Both the position numbers and the translations under genes were made by a program. This document shows, in pieces, positions 8,813-18,911 of a stretch of DNA of 64,000 nucleotides. Below the pieces are notes generated by a model, which saw only the letters and a program-made list of their open reading frames with translations, was not told where the DNA came from and ran no database searches. Source of the stretch: a virus (lineage: Duplodnaviria > Caudoviricetes). Where the stretch lies: IMG/VR virus record IMGVR_UViG_2724679206_000002, positions 8,877 through 72,876 of that record, one strand, 5' to 3'. Within the stretch, counting starts at the first letter, position 1; each line of letters begins with the position of its first letter.

Positions 8813-9519
8813 TGGCGAAACATACTAATTTGGAAACACGTGCAATGATCGGCCGTAAGCTGGCATTAGCGCGTGAGCGCAGCGGCATGCTGCAGCACGA
8901 AGTTGCTATTGAATTGTTTGGTGTAGAGCAGAAGAACCGCATTTCAGAAATGGAAAATGGTAAAACACTGCCGGATGCGGAACTGCTTCAGGTCATGTGC
9001 AGCCTCTACCATGTATCAGTTGATTGGGTGCTGGGCTTTACGATCAATCCTGAGCTGAATGAAACTGAATCCGTGGCCGGTGTTCTTTTTAATAGTGTGG
9101 GCGATCTGCTATCAGAAAATCTAAATGCCCTTACTTTTCAGCTTTCATTGCTATGCTCAAATCATATATCGAGTTTTCCAAAGTCATTAAGCCTGCAGCT
9201 TTTAGAGCACTCTAAAATAGTGGTTAATGAATATTTAAGCCTGAATCATTTGGATCAGGCAAATGACGCACAATTTAAGCAGTCTATTATGGACTTGATT
9301 CAAACGGTCAAAGCATGTGAAAAGGACAGAGCGATTCAGTTCAATTCAATTGCCAAAGGCATGGAAGATATATTTGAGCGTGATGAAAATGACGTTCAGG
9401 AGAAGATTCTTTTAGATTTGAAAAAATCAAAAAAAAGCCGCTTTACCCAAACTACGCTTAAGAAAGGCAGCGGTGAAGACAAGCAATTGGATTTTTTAGC
9501 AGGGGAAGGATTGAGATAA
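8812..9519 (+). CDS. XRE-family HTH regulator with extended C-terminus
   Basis: IGRKLALARERSGMLQHEVA...ISEMENGKTLP...VSVDWVLG; TAATG coupling to rusA. Confidence 0.8.
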   Translation: MAKHTNLETRAMIGRKLALARERSGMLQHEVAIELFGVEQKNRISEMENGKTLPDAELLQVMCSLYHVSVDWVLGFTINPELNETESVAGVLFNSVGDLLSENLNALTFQLSLLCSNHISSFPKSLSLQLLEHSKIVVNEYLSLNHLDQANDAQFKQSIMDLIQTVKACEKDRAIQFNSIAKGMEDIFERDENDVQEKILLDLKKSKKSRFTQTTLKKGSGEDKQLDFLAGEGLR

Positions 9520-9522
9520 GTC

Positions 9523-10380
9523 ATGGCAGTACAATCTTATCCGCAGGAAGTTTGGGAGCGATTAAAGGCAGTGTATGAATCATCGCCTAAAATGACATGG
9601 CAGCAATTGGTTGATTCTGTCGCTGAAGAACTTGGCTGTGAGATGCCTTCCGCATCGGTTGTTCGCCGTAAAGCATTAGCTGAAAAATGGAAGAAGAGTG
9701 CTAAATCACTAGTCAAAAAGAGCGCCAGAGAACTCAATAAGGAGATCAAAAAAATGACTAGTCAAAAGACTGGTCAGAAAAACTCACAAGATGATGATAG
9801 TACAGAAGAAAATAACGCTGAAAAGAACGTCAAAAATCCGTCATTTTTACCTAATTTAACTGGTCAAAATCAGCAGAAATACAATACTTCTGACAGAGTC
9901 CATACAAACAAGCTTTCCTCAGCAACAATTATTCGAAAAAATCGCAATCGATTGGCTGATTTAGGCCAGCTTGCAGGCGATACAATTGACAGTGTGATCC
10001 ATATACGTGATGAAGTGCTGCAGATCGATATAAGCGGGCCCATCACTGATGAAACAGAACGCATAATTAATAATGTAAAGTTCAAAATGGGTTTAATCAG
10101 CCAGATTGTTGAACTGAATGTGAAGCAAAGTATTACTTTGACGAACATAGCCCGGTCAGAGGCATTGTTTTGGGGTTTTGAGCTGGAAGACCTGAAAGAT
10201 CAGTCCGAGGTACAGGCACGGCGTTCCGCAGTTGTAGCGGGAGCTGAGCAGAAGCTGCTTGAGGCAAAACAGGCGATGAAGGCAGGTAAACTTGCAGCAT
10301 TTCAGCGTAAGCTTGAGATCATTGAGGCAGGTGAGGCTGTAGAGGAAGATAATGATGAGTTTACGATCATAAAAGAATAA
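9523..10380 (+). CDS. Putative terminase small subunit (PacA-like)
   Basis: YPQEVWERLKAVYE...VRRKALAEKWKK N-terminal HTH, helical C-terminus. Confidence 0.6.
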   Translation: MAVQSYPQEVWERLKAVYESSPKMTWQQLVDSVAEELGCEMPSASVVRRKALAEKWKKSAKSLVKKSARELNKEIKKMTSQKTGQKNSQDDDSTEENNAEKNVKNPSFLPNLTGQNQQKYNTSDRVHTNKLSSATIIRKNRNRLADLGQLAGDTIDSVIHIRDEVLQIDISGPITDETERIINNVKFKMGLISQIVELNVKQSITLTNIARSEALFWGFELEDLKDQSEVQARRSAVVAGAEQKLLEAKQAMKAGKLAAFQRKLEIIEAGEAVEEDNDEFTIIKE

Positions 10381-10408
10381 AAGCCCTTACTCAAAAAAGT
10401 AAGGGCCT
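10381..10408. terminator. Hairpin between convergent terS and yoeB
   Basis: GCCCTTACT-caaaaa-AGTAAGGGC. Confidence 0.6.
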
Positions 10409-10412
10409 GTAT

Positions 10413-10676
10413 TCATTCGTAGTGATATCGACAAGCAATTATCGTTATCTCTGCGTCTGTTGCCGCATAAACTAGCCTATGCTGTTCATCTATCCTTCTG
10501 CTCCAAAATCCCGATAAATCACCGAGTAGAGCTTCAGGTTTTCCAATACCTTCAAAAGGTGTGCGTTGGCATTCCTTTATGAGGTTATTGATTCGCTTAA
10601 GCGTCTTTTTGTCTTGGCTTTGCCAAAATACATAATCATCCCAAGCTGAAGGGGTAAAGCTAGTCTTCCGTTTCAT
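10413..10676 (-). CDS. yoeB: YoeB/Txe toxin
   Basis: AWDDYVFWQ...GIGKPEAL...WSRRIDEQHRLVY...CRYHY. Confidence 0.95.
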   Translation of the reverse strand: MKRKTSFTPSAWDDYVFWQSQDKKTLKRINNLIKECQRTPFEGIGKPEALLGDLSGFWSRRIDEQHRLVYAATDAEITIIACRYHYE

Positions 10677-10923
10677 CTAAAAGTTCTCTTTCGATTGCTT
10701 TAGATGCACGAAACTCTGCAATTGATTTTGCAAGGTGTGCTGCATTCTTTGGCGAAGATATCAAATGTAATGTTTCCATTACGCTGTTGTAGTGGTCTTG
10801 ACCCATCACAACCGCATGTTGACCTTCTTTGCGAGTAATAACGGCTACATCCGCATCATCAATAACTTTGTCTAAAACGGATTTTAGATTGTTACGTGCA
10901 TCTGTATATGTAAATACTTGCAT
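10660..10923 (-). CDS. yefM: YefM/Phd antitoxin
   Basis: MQVFTYTDARNNLKSVLD...ETLHLISSPKNA; overlaps yoeB. Confidence 0.95.
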   Translation of the reverse strand: MQVFTYTDARNNLKSVLDKVIDDADVAVITRKEGQHAVVMGQDHYNSVMETLHLISSPKNAAHLAKSIAEFRASKAIERELLDETED

Positions 10924-10963
10924 GAAAAACTCCATATATCTGCTAGGCGAGAGTTTTAGTAGG

Positions 10964-11007
10964 TGTACAATATTCTGTACATGTTTAATTGTACAGTTTT
11001 CTGTACA
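10964..11007. promoter_or_regulatory. YefM-YoeB autoregulatory operator (TGTACA x4)
   Basis: TGTACA at 10964, 10976, 10990, 11002 (two pairs 12 bp apart), the core hexamer known from yefM-yoeB operators. Confidence 0.8.
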
Positions 11008-11089
11008 GGCTGTAAAGCATCATGTCAGGGGTGTTATCTGGGGGAATTAACGCAAGATTGGGATTTGGGAGCCTGAAGAGGATGATCTA

Positions 11090-11130
11090 CTGGAACTGAA
11101 GGCTGAGACTCATAGATATTGCCCGACAAT
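11090..11130 (+). promoter_or_regulatory. Late promoter element 1 (tape measure gene)
   Basis: CTGGAAC-N28-GACAAT, then hairpin ATCATCCTAT/ATAGGGTGAT. Confidence 0.75.
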
Positions 11131-11159
11131 CATCCTATGTAAAAATAGGGTGATTTTTT

Positions 11160-13334
11160 ATGTCAAATTCTTCAAGTGGTTTGCAATATGACGAGCTTGG
11201 TTTTCTGATTGGCTTAAAACAGACTGGCCGCGATGTGGCCAAGATTGATAAAAACGTAGAGCAGATAATCAGCCTGTTGGAGCAGGCATTGAATGCCAAG
11301 GCAATTCAATATCAGCATGCATCGCAGCCTAAGCTGAGCGCATTGGCGCAGGCCTTACAGGATGCACAACGGCAGCCCATTAGTGTCGAAAGCTTGATGA
11401 AGGAGCAACGGCAGGCCACTACTGCGATGAATCAAGTGCTTGAGAAGGTTGAAGACATTGTGGCTCAAGCGGCTAAGCCTGCAGACCGTAAAACCAAGCT
11501 TAAATTACCCGCTTTTCAAAAAGAACCTATCGTCATTGATTCGCAAGAGAGTATTGCGCGCGAGTTGGGAACAGACCGCCAGCGTGATTCAAATGGCCGC
11601 TTTATTGGATCTGGCCAGCAAAGTGGAACAGCCTTAGGTAAAATTACGCAAACGATAGGTACAGCAATAGCCAATGGCTTAAACAGCTCTCCTCAGGGCG
11701 TAGACCCTACTATTGACGCCATTAATGAGGTTGCCTCTGTATTATCGCCAGTGAAGCGCGCAGCAGGCTTTATGCTGCGCCCGCTAACCGGGCTGATGAA
11801 GAGCCGCAAACGCAGTGAGCCATTGCCTAAGGAAGAGAGTGAACATAATAAGAAGCAGATTAAGATGCTGCAGCGGATTGCAGACAATCTATCATCTAAA
11901 GGTGGCCTGCTGGGCGGCATTGGTAAACTTTTGGGTACAGGTGGCAGCCTTTTAGGTGGATTGCTGGGTAAAGGCGGTAAAGGTTTAGGAAAAATTCTTA
12001 AATTCGGTAAAGGCATACCGGTTTTAGGCGCTTTACTCACAGCACTGTCATTCAGCGACTGGAAGAGCCAAAGTACTAAAGAAAAGGGCGGCACAGTAGG
12101 CAGCCTTGCAGGCGGAACAATTGGAGCTGTAGCAGGAAGTTTTCTGGGGCCCGCTGGAACCCTTATAGGCGGAATGGCTGGCGCTTGGATCGGCGAAAAG
12201 CTTGGCAGTACTGTTGCGCCGTATTTTAAGGAATGGACTGACAGTTTAAAGTCAGCTGATTTACCTAGCTTGCTTAAAAGCGGCTGGGACAGTTTTATTG
12301 ATTTGGCGAAAAAGGCTTTTGACTTAACACCGGTCGGGCAGAGCGCCAATTTAATCAAAGGCGGGTACGATTGGATAAAACAGAAACTCTTTGGCAACAG
12401 TGGCGGTACATCGCTGTTATTTCGTAAACAATACGGCGGTCAGGGATTGGATGCGCCTGCGCAGTATGGCGGGGCGTCTTTAAATTCGTTTTCAGCGAGT
12501 GAATATGCACCAATATTAGATGAGATTGCACGAGGAGAATCAACCAAAGGGGCATTCGGTACATCTGGATATGATGCCGTATACAGCGGTGCGCCGATTA
12601 GGCCGCCGAAACCCATTTCACAAATGACTTTTGGTGAGGTTAAGGCTTATCAAAAGCAATTGATTAAAGCTGGCTCAAAATCGACAGGAGCAGGGCGATA
12701 TCAGAATATTTGGAATAATGGTGCGTTTGCAAAAATGGCCTCACAAGCTGGATTTAAAGACAGTGATATCTACAACGCGGAAAATCAAGATAAGTTGGCA
12801 ATTCATTATGCTGGCGGGAAGAAACAATTAGATGAGTGGATTAGAACTGGAAATGCGGCAGCTTTAGCAAACAAAACGTCCCAACAATGGGCAGGAGTCA
12901 AAAATGCACGTGGAGTTGGGAACTATGATGGTGATGGTTTAAATAAAGCCCGCCATGGTGGCATTGATGCAATGCGGAAGGCCAGTGAAGAGATTTTAAA
13001 TAATAGGAAACAAACTGCGGGTTCAAAATCTCCAGTGAACAATCAGGCTGCATCAATCGTAAATAGTGCGAAAAATAATACGAATTCAATGCTTGCTTTA
13101 AAAACCTCTGAAACGCCTACGATTGCGCGGACAACATCCTTAGCTACATCATTTAGTGCACCTAAAATCAATACACATGTTGAGCCAGCCAAAGAATACC
13201 TATCTTCTCCAAGCCCTCAGCAAGTCGTTGTTGTAAATCAAAATAGTGGGAACATTAACCAAAATGTGAGCGATCGCTTATTAGCCCACGCTATTACTGG
13301 CGGACTTGGGATGGGGGATGTGTGGAATGGTTAA
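11160..13334 (+). CDS. Tape-measure-like protein (P1 Sit-like) with lytic transglycosylase/lysozyme domain
   Basis: Helical N-terminus, Gly-rich hydrophobic middle, IARGES...GYDAVYSG...GAGRYQ...NQDKLA lysozyme-like motifs. Confidence 0.75.
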   Translation: MSNSSSGLQYDELGFLIGLKQTGRDVAKIDKNVEQIISLLEQALNAKAIQYQHASQPKLSALAQALQDAQRQPISVESLMKEQRQATTAMNQVLEKVEDIVAQAAKPADRKTKLKLPAFQKEPIVIDSQESIARELGTDRQRDSNGRFIGSGQQSGTALGKITQTIGTAIANGLNSSPQGVDPTIDAINEVASVLSPVKRAAGFMLRPLTGLMKSRKRSEPLPKEESEHNKKQIKMLQRIADNLSSKGGLLGGIGKLLGTGGSLLGGLLGKGGKGLGKILKFGKGIPVLGALLTALSFSDWKSQSTKEKGGTVGSLAGGTIGAVAGSFLGPAGTLIGGMAGAWIGEKLGSTVAPYFKEWTDSLKSADLPSLLKSGWDSFIDLAKKAFDLTPVGQSANLIKGGYDWIKQKLFGNSGGTSLLFRKQYGGQGLDAPAQYGGASLNSFSASEYAPILDEIARGESTKGAFGTSGYDAVYSGAPIRPPKPISQMTFGEVKAYQKQLIKAGSKSTGAGRYQNIWNNGAFAKMASQAGFKDSDIYNAENQDKLAIHYAGGKKQLDEWIRTGNAAALANKTSQQWAGVKNARGVGNYDGDGLNKARHGGIDAMRKASEEILNNRKQTAGSKSPVNNQAASIVNSAKNNTNSMLALKTSETPTIARTTSLATSFSAPKINTHVEPAKEYLSSPSPQQVVVVNQNSGNINQNVSDRLLAHAITGGLGMGDVWNG

Positions 13335-13388
13335 TATTTTTTAATGCTTACGAGTGATTGTTCACCCGCCAATGGGTAATGGATGAGA

Positions 13389-13429
13389 TTGGAACAGTCT
13401 GAAAGATTACTAAAATAATCATTCAAAAT
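13389..13429 (+). promoter_or_regulatory. Late promoter element 2 (hdf)
   Basis: TTGGAAC-N28-CAAAAT, then hairpin GCCCTATT/AATAGAGC and T-run. Confidence 0.8.
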
Positions 13430-13457
13430 TGCCCTATTCATCAATAGAGCTTTTTTT

Positions 13458-13964
13458 ATGGGCAATCTCAACCTTACAGCCATTACAGATCAAACGCCGT
13501 ATATTCAAAAGATTAAAGGCGCTTTAGAAAAGGCGACAGGGCAATCGATTCCGTTGACCGAAATTAAGAAGGTACAGCGCAAAGGTGGCGTCAGTGTTGC
13601 TCCAATTATATTTTTATTTGCCGGCGGCCAAGAACTCACTCTATTTGCCCGCGCAAGTGCTGATGTGTTTAAAGCTTCGCTCAATGGCAAAGAAATTGTT
13701 CTGTCCGGTGACTTCAGTGATGACTATAAACAGACATTTGATAACGCCGTATCCGGTATTGCTCAGTTGATCCGCACCGCACAGCCGAAGATTGAGCAGC
13801 AGAATAAAAAAGAAAAAGTGAATATTCCACGGCGCAAGTCCAATAGCGTTCCTAAACAGCTGTCCGAAAAACTGGAGCAGGAAAAGCAACTGGATCAAGA
13901 TGTCGCAGATATGACAGCACATCGTGATCAGCTACTGCAGCAGTTAAAGCAGGCTACCCCATAG
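13458..13964 (+). CDS. hdf: Hdf-like DarA N-terminal-domain protein
   Basis: RKGGVSVAPIIFLFAGGQELTL...DVFKASLNGK resembles the DarA_N domain; C-terminal coiled coil. Confidence 0.65.
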   Translation: MGNLNLTAITDQTPYIQKIKGALEKATGQSIPLTEIKKVQRKGGVSVAPIIFLFAGGQELTLFARASADVFKASLNGKEIVLSGDFSDDYKQTFDNAVSGIAQLIRTAQPKIEQQNKKEKVNIPRRKSNSVPKQLSEKLEQEKQLDQDVADMTAHRDQLLQQLKQATP

Positions 13965-14371
13965 AAAATAAGTGTCGAACTTTCGGGGTTGCTGTTCAAT
14001 GAAGGGTTTTTCGAGGCGGTTTTTCTTGCCGAATGGCTAAGAGGCTTGTTTAGGGGGGGCTAATCAAAGTTGTGAAACATTGATCAAAGAACAGGCGTGG
14101 AACATGAAGAATCCATAAAAAAACCCATTCTGGAGGGAATGGGTCGAAAATAGAAATCTACAGCTTTGATTTCAAAGGGATATTATATATCATTTCGTAT
14201 AACGCGTATTATGTTAATTTTAGGAAAATTTTATAATCTTTGTGAAAGTAACATAATAAAAGAAGCCTTAAATCATCACTATAAAACTTAGGCTCATACC
14301 GAATTTTTAATACTTTGTTTAGAAAACAAGATAAAGCTGATACATTAAAAATGACATTATAAAAAAGAAAG

Positions 14372-15586
14372 ATGGTGCCAGTGATGAAAATTAAACATCC
14401 CATTCTAAAATTAGTCGTAAGCTGCCTTTGCTTAAATTCAACATATGCAATAGCCTCTCCTATCTTTCTCAATAATGGTAAAGTCCAAACGTCTAATATC
14501 TCTAGCAAAACGCCAGGAACAATCTTATCCATAAAAGAAGAGAATATCGATCTATTTACGAATGCTTCACAGCGGTTCTTAATCACTTACCGTAGTCGCG
14601 GAGTACGGTCTGAACCAATTGTGACTTCAGGATATCTCTTACTGCCTAAAGGTAAAGTTCCCCAAGGGGGTTGGCCTGTTCTTGCTTGGGCTCATGGTAC
14701 AACTGGTGTAGCAGATACTTGTGCACCTTCTGGAGATTATGCCGGTGGACCAGTCCATGTCTATCAACAAATTGCCGCTAAAGCACTAAATGCCTGGCTT
14801 GCTCGTGGATATGCAGTCGTCGCTCCTGATTATCAGGGTTTAGGTACCCCAGGTGGACATCCATATATGAATGCACAAAGCCAGTTGCACACTGTCGTTG
14901 ATGCTGTCCGGGCAACCCACCTTTTAAAGCCTTATAAATTTAGTAAAAACTGGTATGTAATGGGGCATAGTCAAGGAGGCGCAGCATCTTTGAAGGTTGC
15001 AGCGGATGGCCAGAAAGATGCACCTGAACTCAATTTAAGAGGTGCCATTGCACTCGCACCAGGTGGCTATCAATACCAAGGAATCGCTGAATACGTAGCA
15101 ACCCATTCTCAAATTGAAACAAGTGTTGCCGCATTTTTTCCAATCGTGCTTCTGGGAGCAGAAGCAGCAGATCCTAGCATAGCTCCAGCAAATTTAGTTA
15201 GCTCAGACATGGGGGAAATTCTAAATTATGCACGTAATCGCTGTTTGTCAGAATTACAATCTGATCTAAAGACAGCACCTAAAACAGTTTTTAAACCGAA
15301 TGTAAATTTGACACCTTTGACAAATTATTTAAAAAAACAGTCTATTGATAATATGACACCTACTGTGCCGACTCTAATTGTACAAGGTGATAAAGATCAG
15401 CTTGTAGATTACAGTGGTACTTATGCTTACTATCAGCAAATATGTAAGACGCAAAAACCTATTTCCTTTCACCCAGTCAAAAATGGAGATCATCGTGACT
15501 CTTTAAGACAAAGTGAATTCCTGATTGGAAGCTTTATCAATTCAGTTGAACAAGGGAAAACTGTAAATACCTGCAATTCAAAATGA
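14372..15586 (+). CDS. Secretory lipase-family alpha/beta hydrolase
   Basis: Signal peptide; AWAHGTTG, APDYQGLG, GHSQGG nucleophile, QGDKD, DH. Confidence 0.88.
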   Translation: MVPVMKIKHPILKLVVSCLCLNSTYAIASPIFLNNGKVQTSNISSKTPGTILSIKEENIDLFTNASQRFLITYRSRGVRSEPIVTSGYLLLPKGKVPQGGWPVLAWAHGTTGVADTCAPSGDYAGGPVHVYQQIAAKALNAWLARGYAVVAPDYQGLGTPGGHPYMNAQSQLHTVVDAVRATHLLKPYKFSKNWYVMGHSQGGAASLKVAADGQKDAPELNLRGAIALAPGGYQYQGIAEYVATHSQIETSVAAFFPIVLLGAEAADPSIAPANLVSSDMGEILNYARNRCLSELQSDLKTAPKTVFKPNVNLTPLTNYLKKQSIDNMTPTVPTLIVQGDKDQLVDYSGTYAYYQQICKTQKPISFHPVKNGDHRDSLRQSEFLIGSFINSVEQGKTVNTCNSK

Positions 15587-15679
15587 TACGGTAGATTTAG
15601 GATTTTGAACTCAAAATAAAGCTATGCAGTAGAAGAGTTAAATATTTCTAGTTTTATATACAAATGGAAATAAATCAAA

Positions 15680-16456
15680 ATGATGCCACAAAGTTTATTA
15701 TCACTGACGAATAAAATAGCACTTGTAACAGGCGGTGCAGCAGGTATTGGGAAAGCCAGCGCTCTTATTCTTGCACAAGCAGGCTCGGACGTTATGATTG
15801 CCGATTTAAATTTAGAAGTAGCTAAACATACAGCTGAAGAAATAAAGAAACTAACTGGACGCAACATAGAATATGTTGCATGCAATATTCTGCAAGATGA
15901 TCAATTGGTCAATGCAGTGAATAAAACAATCGAAATTTTTGGTCACATTCACATCTTAGTTAACAATGCTGGAGGAGGTGGCGGTGGCCGTGAATCTCCT
16001 GATCAAATTACCATAGATACTATAGAACGTGATTTTCAGCTTAATGTGTTTGCTGCTTGGCGATTGTGTCAACTCGTCGCACCGCATATGAATAAAGCGG
16101 GTTACGGCTCAATAATAAATATCAGCTCTATGAGTTCAATTAACAAAAGCCCTGCTATGAGCGGATATGCATCATCAAAAGCAGCGTTAAATCATATGGT
16201 CGCTAATTTGGCACATGATTTTGGTCCGAATATACGTATTAATGCTGTAGGACCTGGAGCGATTCGTACCGCAGCACTAGAAAAAGTCCTGAAGCCTGAG
16301 ATTGAAAAAAAGATGCTCTCCCATACACCATTGCAACGATTAGGTGAACCCGAAGATATCGCGAGAGCTGTATTATTCTTTGCCTCACCTATTTCATCAT
16401 GGATTTCTGGACAAACCTTATTTGTAAATGGTGGTGGTGTACAAACACTTGATTAA
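15680..16456 (+). CDS. hdhA: 7-alpha-hydroxysteroid dehydrogenase (SDR)
   Basis: TGGAAGIG, NNAGGGG, YASSKAA, PEIEKKML.HTPL.RLG, SW.SGQ...GGGVQ.L closely resemble E. coli HdhA. Confidence 0.82.
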   Translation: MMPQSLLSLTNKIALVTGGAAGIGKASALILAQAGSDVMIADLNLEVAKHTAEEIKKLTGRNIEYVACNILQDDQLVNAVNKTIEIFGHIHILVNNAGGGGGGRESPDQITIDTIERDFQLNVFAAWRLCQLVAPHMNKAGYGSIINISSMSSINKSPAMSGYASSKAALNHMVANLAHDFGPNIRINAVGPGAIRTAALEKVLKPEIEKKMLSHTPLQRLGEPEDIARAVLFFASPISSWISGQTLFVNGGGVQTLD

Positions 16457-16706
16457 AGAGTGCTGTCTAAAACCTAAAACTCTTATAACTTTAATATGAG
16501 GTGCAATCTGTATTTGGATGCATAGCAACAGGCCTAAAGTTGCTACACAGGTCTCAACTACCCACTATTTAACAAAATGGCGATTATACGCAGCCTAGGT
16601 GTGGTAATCCTCCAATAGAAAAGTAAGCTTTTGATACTCACTTAGAGACGTTCTTAGCTATTTGATATTACTGCTAGCCAGTATTTTATAAATTTTATTT
16701 AGTTCT

Positions 16707-16732
16707 AAAAGACTGCATAGGCGGTCTTTTTT
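16707..16732 (+). terminator. Intrinsic terminator abutting a late promoter
   Basis: AAAAGACTGC-atag-GCGGTCTTTTTT. Confidence 0.7.
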
Positions 16733-16733
16733 A

Positions 16734-16775
16734 TTGGAACAAGTACGCTGGCTGCAGTCATAAAAATCTTACCCT
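16734..16775 (+). promoter_or_regulatory. Late promoter element 3 (baseplate operon)
   Basis: TTGGAAC-N29-TACCCT, then hairpin CCTAAGC/GCTTTAGG. Confidence 0.75.
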
Positions 16776-16802
16776 AAGCATAAATAGCTTTAGGAACGGG
16801 TA

Positions 16803-17156
16803 ATGCTGAATTTTGGTTTGAATGTACTGCTGGTCTTGCTCTTTTCAATGCATGTCTATTTCGCATTTAAGGGCTTTCGTGGCAGTAAAATACACCTCAT
16901 GAATCTTCTGCGTCAGGGCGTCGTTGATAACGTTTTCAGACATTCACGGAAGATTCTGTATCTGCTTTTGATCCCTGCGGTTTTGATCACCGGCATTGCC
17001 ACATGGTCTTTCTATAATGTGCTGACTTTCTGCGGCGCGTCAGATCTTATTCTTTATATTATTCTGGGCACATTCACCTGTTATTCCATGACAGTGATAG
17101 CAGCATTCCTGTTCTGCAAAGTCCTGCAATTAGCAGCGCATAAGGCGGGGCTATGA
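16803..17156 (+). CDS. Membrane protein (3 TM), unknown function
   Basis: Three hydrophobic segments; ATGA overlap with the next gene. Confidence 0.65.
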   Translation: MLNFGLNVLLVLLFSMHVYFAFKGFRGSKIHLMNLLRQGVVDNVFRHSRKILYLLLIPAVLITGIATWSFYNVLTFCGASDLILYIILGTFTCYSMTVIAAFLFCKVLQLAAHKAGL

Positions 17157-17488
17157 TTGATCGTAATAAGATACTGGCCATGCTTGATCATTGGTTCAAT
17201 TCTGAAATCAATGGTTACTTTGGCTCACCTTATGGGCCAGACCTGAACAGCCTGCTGATGGGGCCCCTAGATTCGCCCGTGGCGAATGAATTTATCAACA
17301 AGATGAAGCAGGACATTCCTATTCTTCAGCAGCTCAGTGCGGATGAGCTTGCGCTCTACAGCCAAAATAAAGGATTTGAAACCAAAGTCATTTATCTTAA
17401 AGTCGGTGATGTAGCGATTAACTTAAATCAGATCCGCGACAGCCAGCTGACAATGCAGGGGGAAACATACGATGCTGACGCAAGCTGA
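17153..17488 (+). CDS. Putative baseplate wedge protein (gp25/W-like)
   Basis: HWF...NGYFGSPYG motif; precedes the baseplate J-like gene. Confidence 0.55.
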   Translation: MIDRNKILAMLDHWFNSEINGYFGSPYGPDLNSLLMGPLDSPVANEFINKMKQDIPILQQLSADELALYSQNKGFETKVIYLKVGDVAINLNQIRDSQLTMQGETYDADAS

Positions 17489-18911
17489 TTTTGAGGCGCG
17501 TATTGTTGCCGCGCTGGATGATTATGAAATTCAGGAACAATATAACGCGCAAGATCCATTGGTGATCCAGCAGATCCGCTCTATTGCTGCATTTCTGGCG
17601 TTGTTCAGTCAGGAAATTGATATTGCAGAGCTTGAGCCGTTTATTAAAACCCGCGACCGGTCAATTATTGCGGATGCGGCCAATAAAGGGATTCTGCCAA
17701 TAGGAATGCCTGCGCAGCATATTCTGGAAGTGATCAACCGTGCAGGTAACAGCATCAGCTTAAGCCAAGGGCGCTTGATTGAAGATAACAGCGGCAGGCC
17801 ATGGCGCCTGCTGCAATCTGTGACTGTATCGACAGGTGAAACTGGGGAAGTACTGGCCGAGCAGAGTGAGTACAGAGAAGTCCAATACTCTGTACAAAAC
17901 AGTGAAAGTTTCCATCGTACGCAAATAAAATTGCAAGATGATTTGTCATTGGCCGGTCTTACAGTACGTGATGATCAAAACGATAATTATCTGCTTAAGA
18001 AACGCTGGATGAATGTTGCGCCTTTGGAATATGCATTCAATATAACCACGGACAGTCTGCGCCGTATCTTTATAGAATTTGGTGATGATGATCGCGCGGG
18101 ATGTACGGCAAAAGCCAATCAAGTATTTACATTTGGCATTCTGGAAACATACGGCGATGTTGATATTTCACGCCTGAAAGATGCCTCACTGGCCGATGTA
18201 TTCAATGCAGATGAACAGCGCGTGTCTGTACGTTTTAAGCAGGGCGGTGCAGTGCGCCAGGGTGCCGATCCGCTGAATGTTTCCGAGCTGCGGGTACTGT
18301 CCAGCTATCCTTCGCTTTATGATGAAAACGCCGTGTTTCTGGGAAACTTTGATTATTCAGTGCGGGCTAAATTTATGCCGCGCGCTTATTACTTGGCAGT
18401 ATGGAATGAAAATGAGCATGACCGCTACTATGGCGCGACTTATCAAGATATCAATCATTTGCATATTGCCGTCACTGCTAAAAACAGCGCTGAACAGGCA
18501 ACTCTAGAACAGGAAATTATTCAGTACATCGGCCAGCTGGATAGCCTGTATAAAGACCGGGTCCGTGTGCATGCCGTTTTAGAAAAGCCATACGCCTTGT
18601 CGTTAAATGGCCGTCTGGCAGCCGTGCATGATTTGGATGGGGTGAAGGTTCAGATTAAAGGCCTGCTGGTAGACCGCTATGGCCAAACGAAATTAAGCGC
18701 AAGCCGATGGCTGGTGAATGGCTTCAATACGCAGGAAATATCCACCCAGCTGCGGAAGAACATTACCGCCTTTCAGGACAATATCAGCGACTTTTCACTG
18801 AGCGTGCCTGCAGTCTTAAATAAACCGCATGAATGGGTGTACATCTCCAATGAAAGCATCACGCTAAAATTAGAACGAACTGCAGAGATGGGGGCAGCAT
18901 GGGTACTGTAA
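17472..18911 (+). CDS. Baseplate wedge protein (P1 BplA / J-like)
   Basis: EPFIKTRDRSIIADA...EFGDDDRAG...GADPL motifs; size and position. Confidence 0.7.
   Translation: MLTQADFEARIVAALDDYEIQEQYNAQDPLVIQQIRSIAAFLALFSQEIDIAELEPFIKTRDRSIIADAANKGILPIGMPAQHILEVINRAGNSISLSQGRLIEDNSGRPWRLLQSVTVSTGETGEVLAEQSEYREVQYSVQNSESFHRTQIKLQDDLSLAGLTVRDDQNDNYLLKKRWMNVAPLEYAFNITTDSLRRIFIEFGDDDRAGCTAKANQVFTFGILETYGDVDISRLKDASLADVFNADEQRVSVRFKQGGAVRQGADPLNVSELRVLSSYPSLYDENAVFLGNFDYSVRAKFMPRAYYLAVWNENEHDRYYGATYQDINHLHIAVTAKNSAEQATLEQEIIQYIGQLDSLYKDRVRVHAVLEKPYALSLNGRLAAVHDLDGVKVQIKGLLVDRYGQTKLSASRWLVNGFNTQEISTQLRKNITAFQDNISDFSLSVPAVLNKPHEWVYISNESITLKLERTAEMGAAWVL

Noticed and set aside
11693-12397. 234-aa antisense ORF and similar shadow ORFs inside structural genes
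   Set aside because: Mirror of Gly-rich codons on the opposite strand; no independent signals
14097-14103. GTGGAAC as another late promoter
   Set aside because: No -10-like hexamer at 28-29 nt and no gene start nearby
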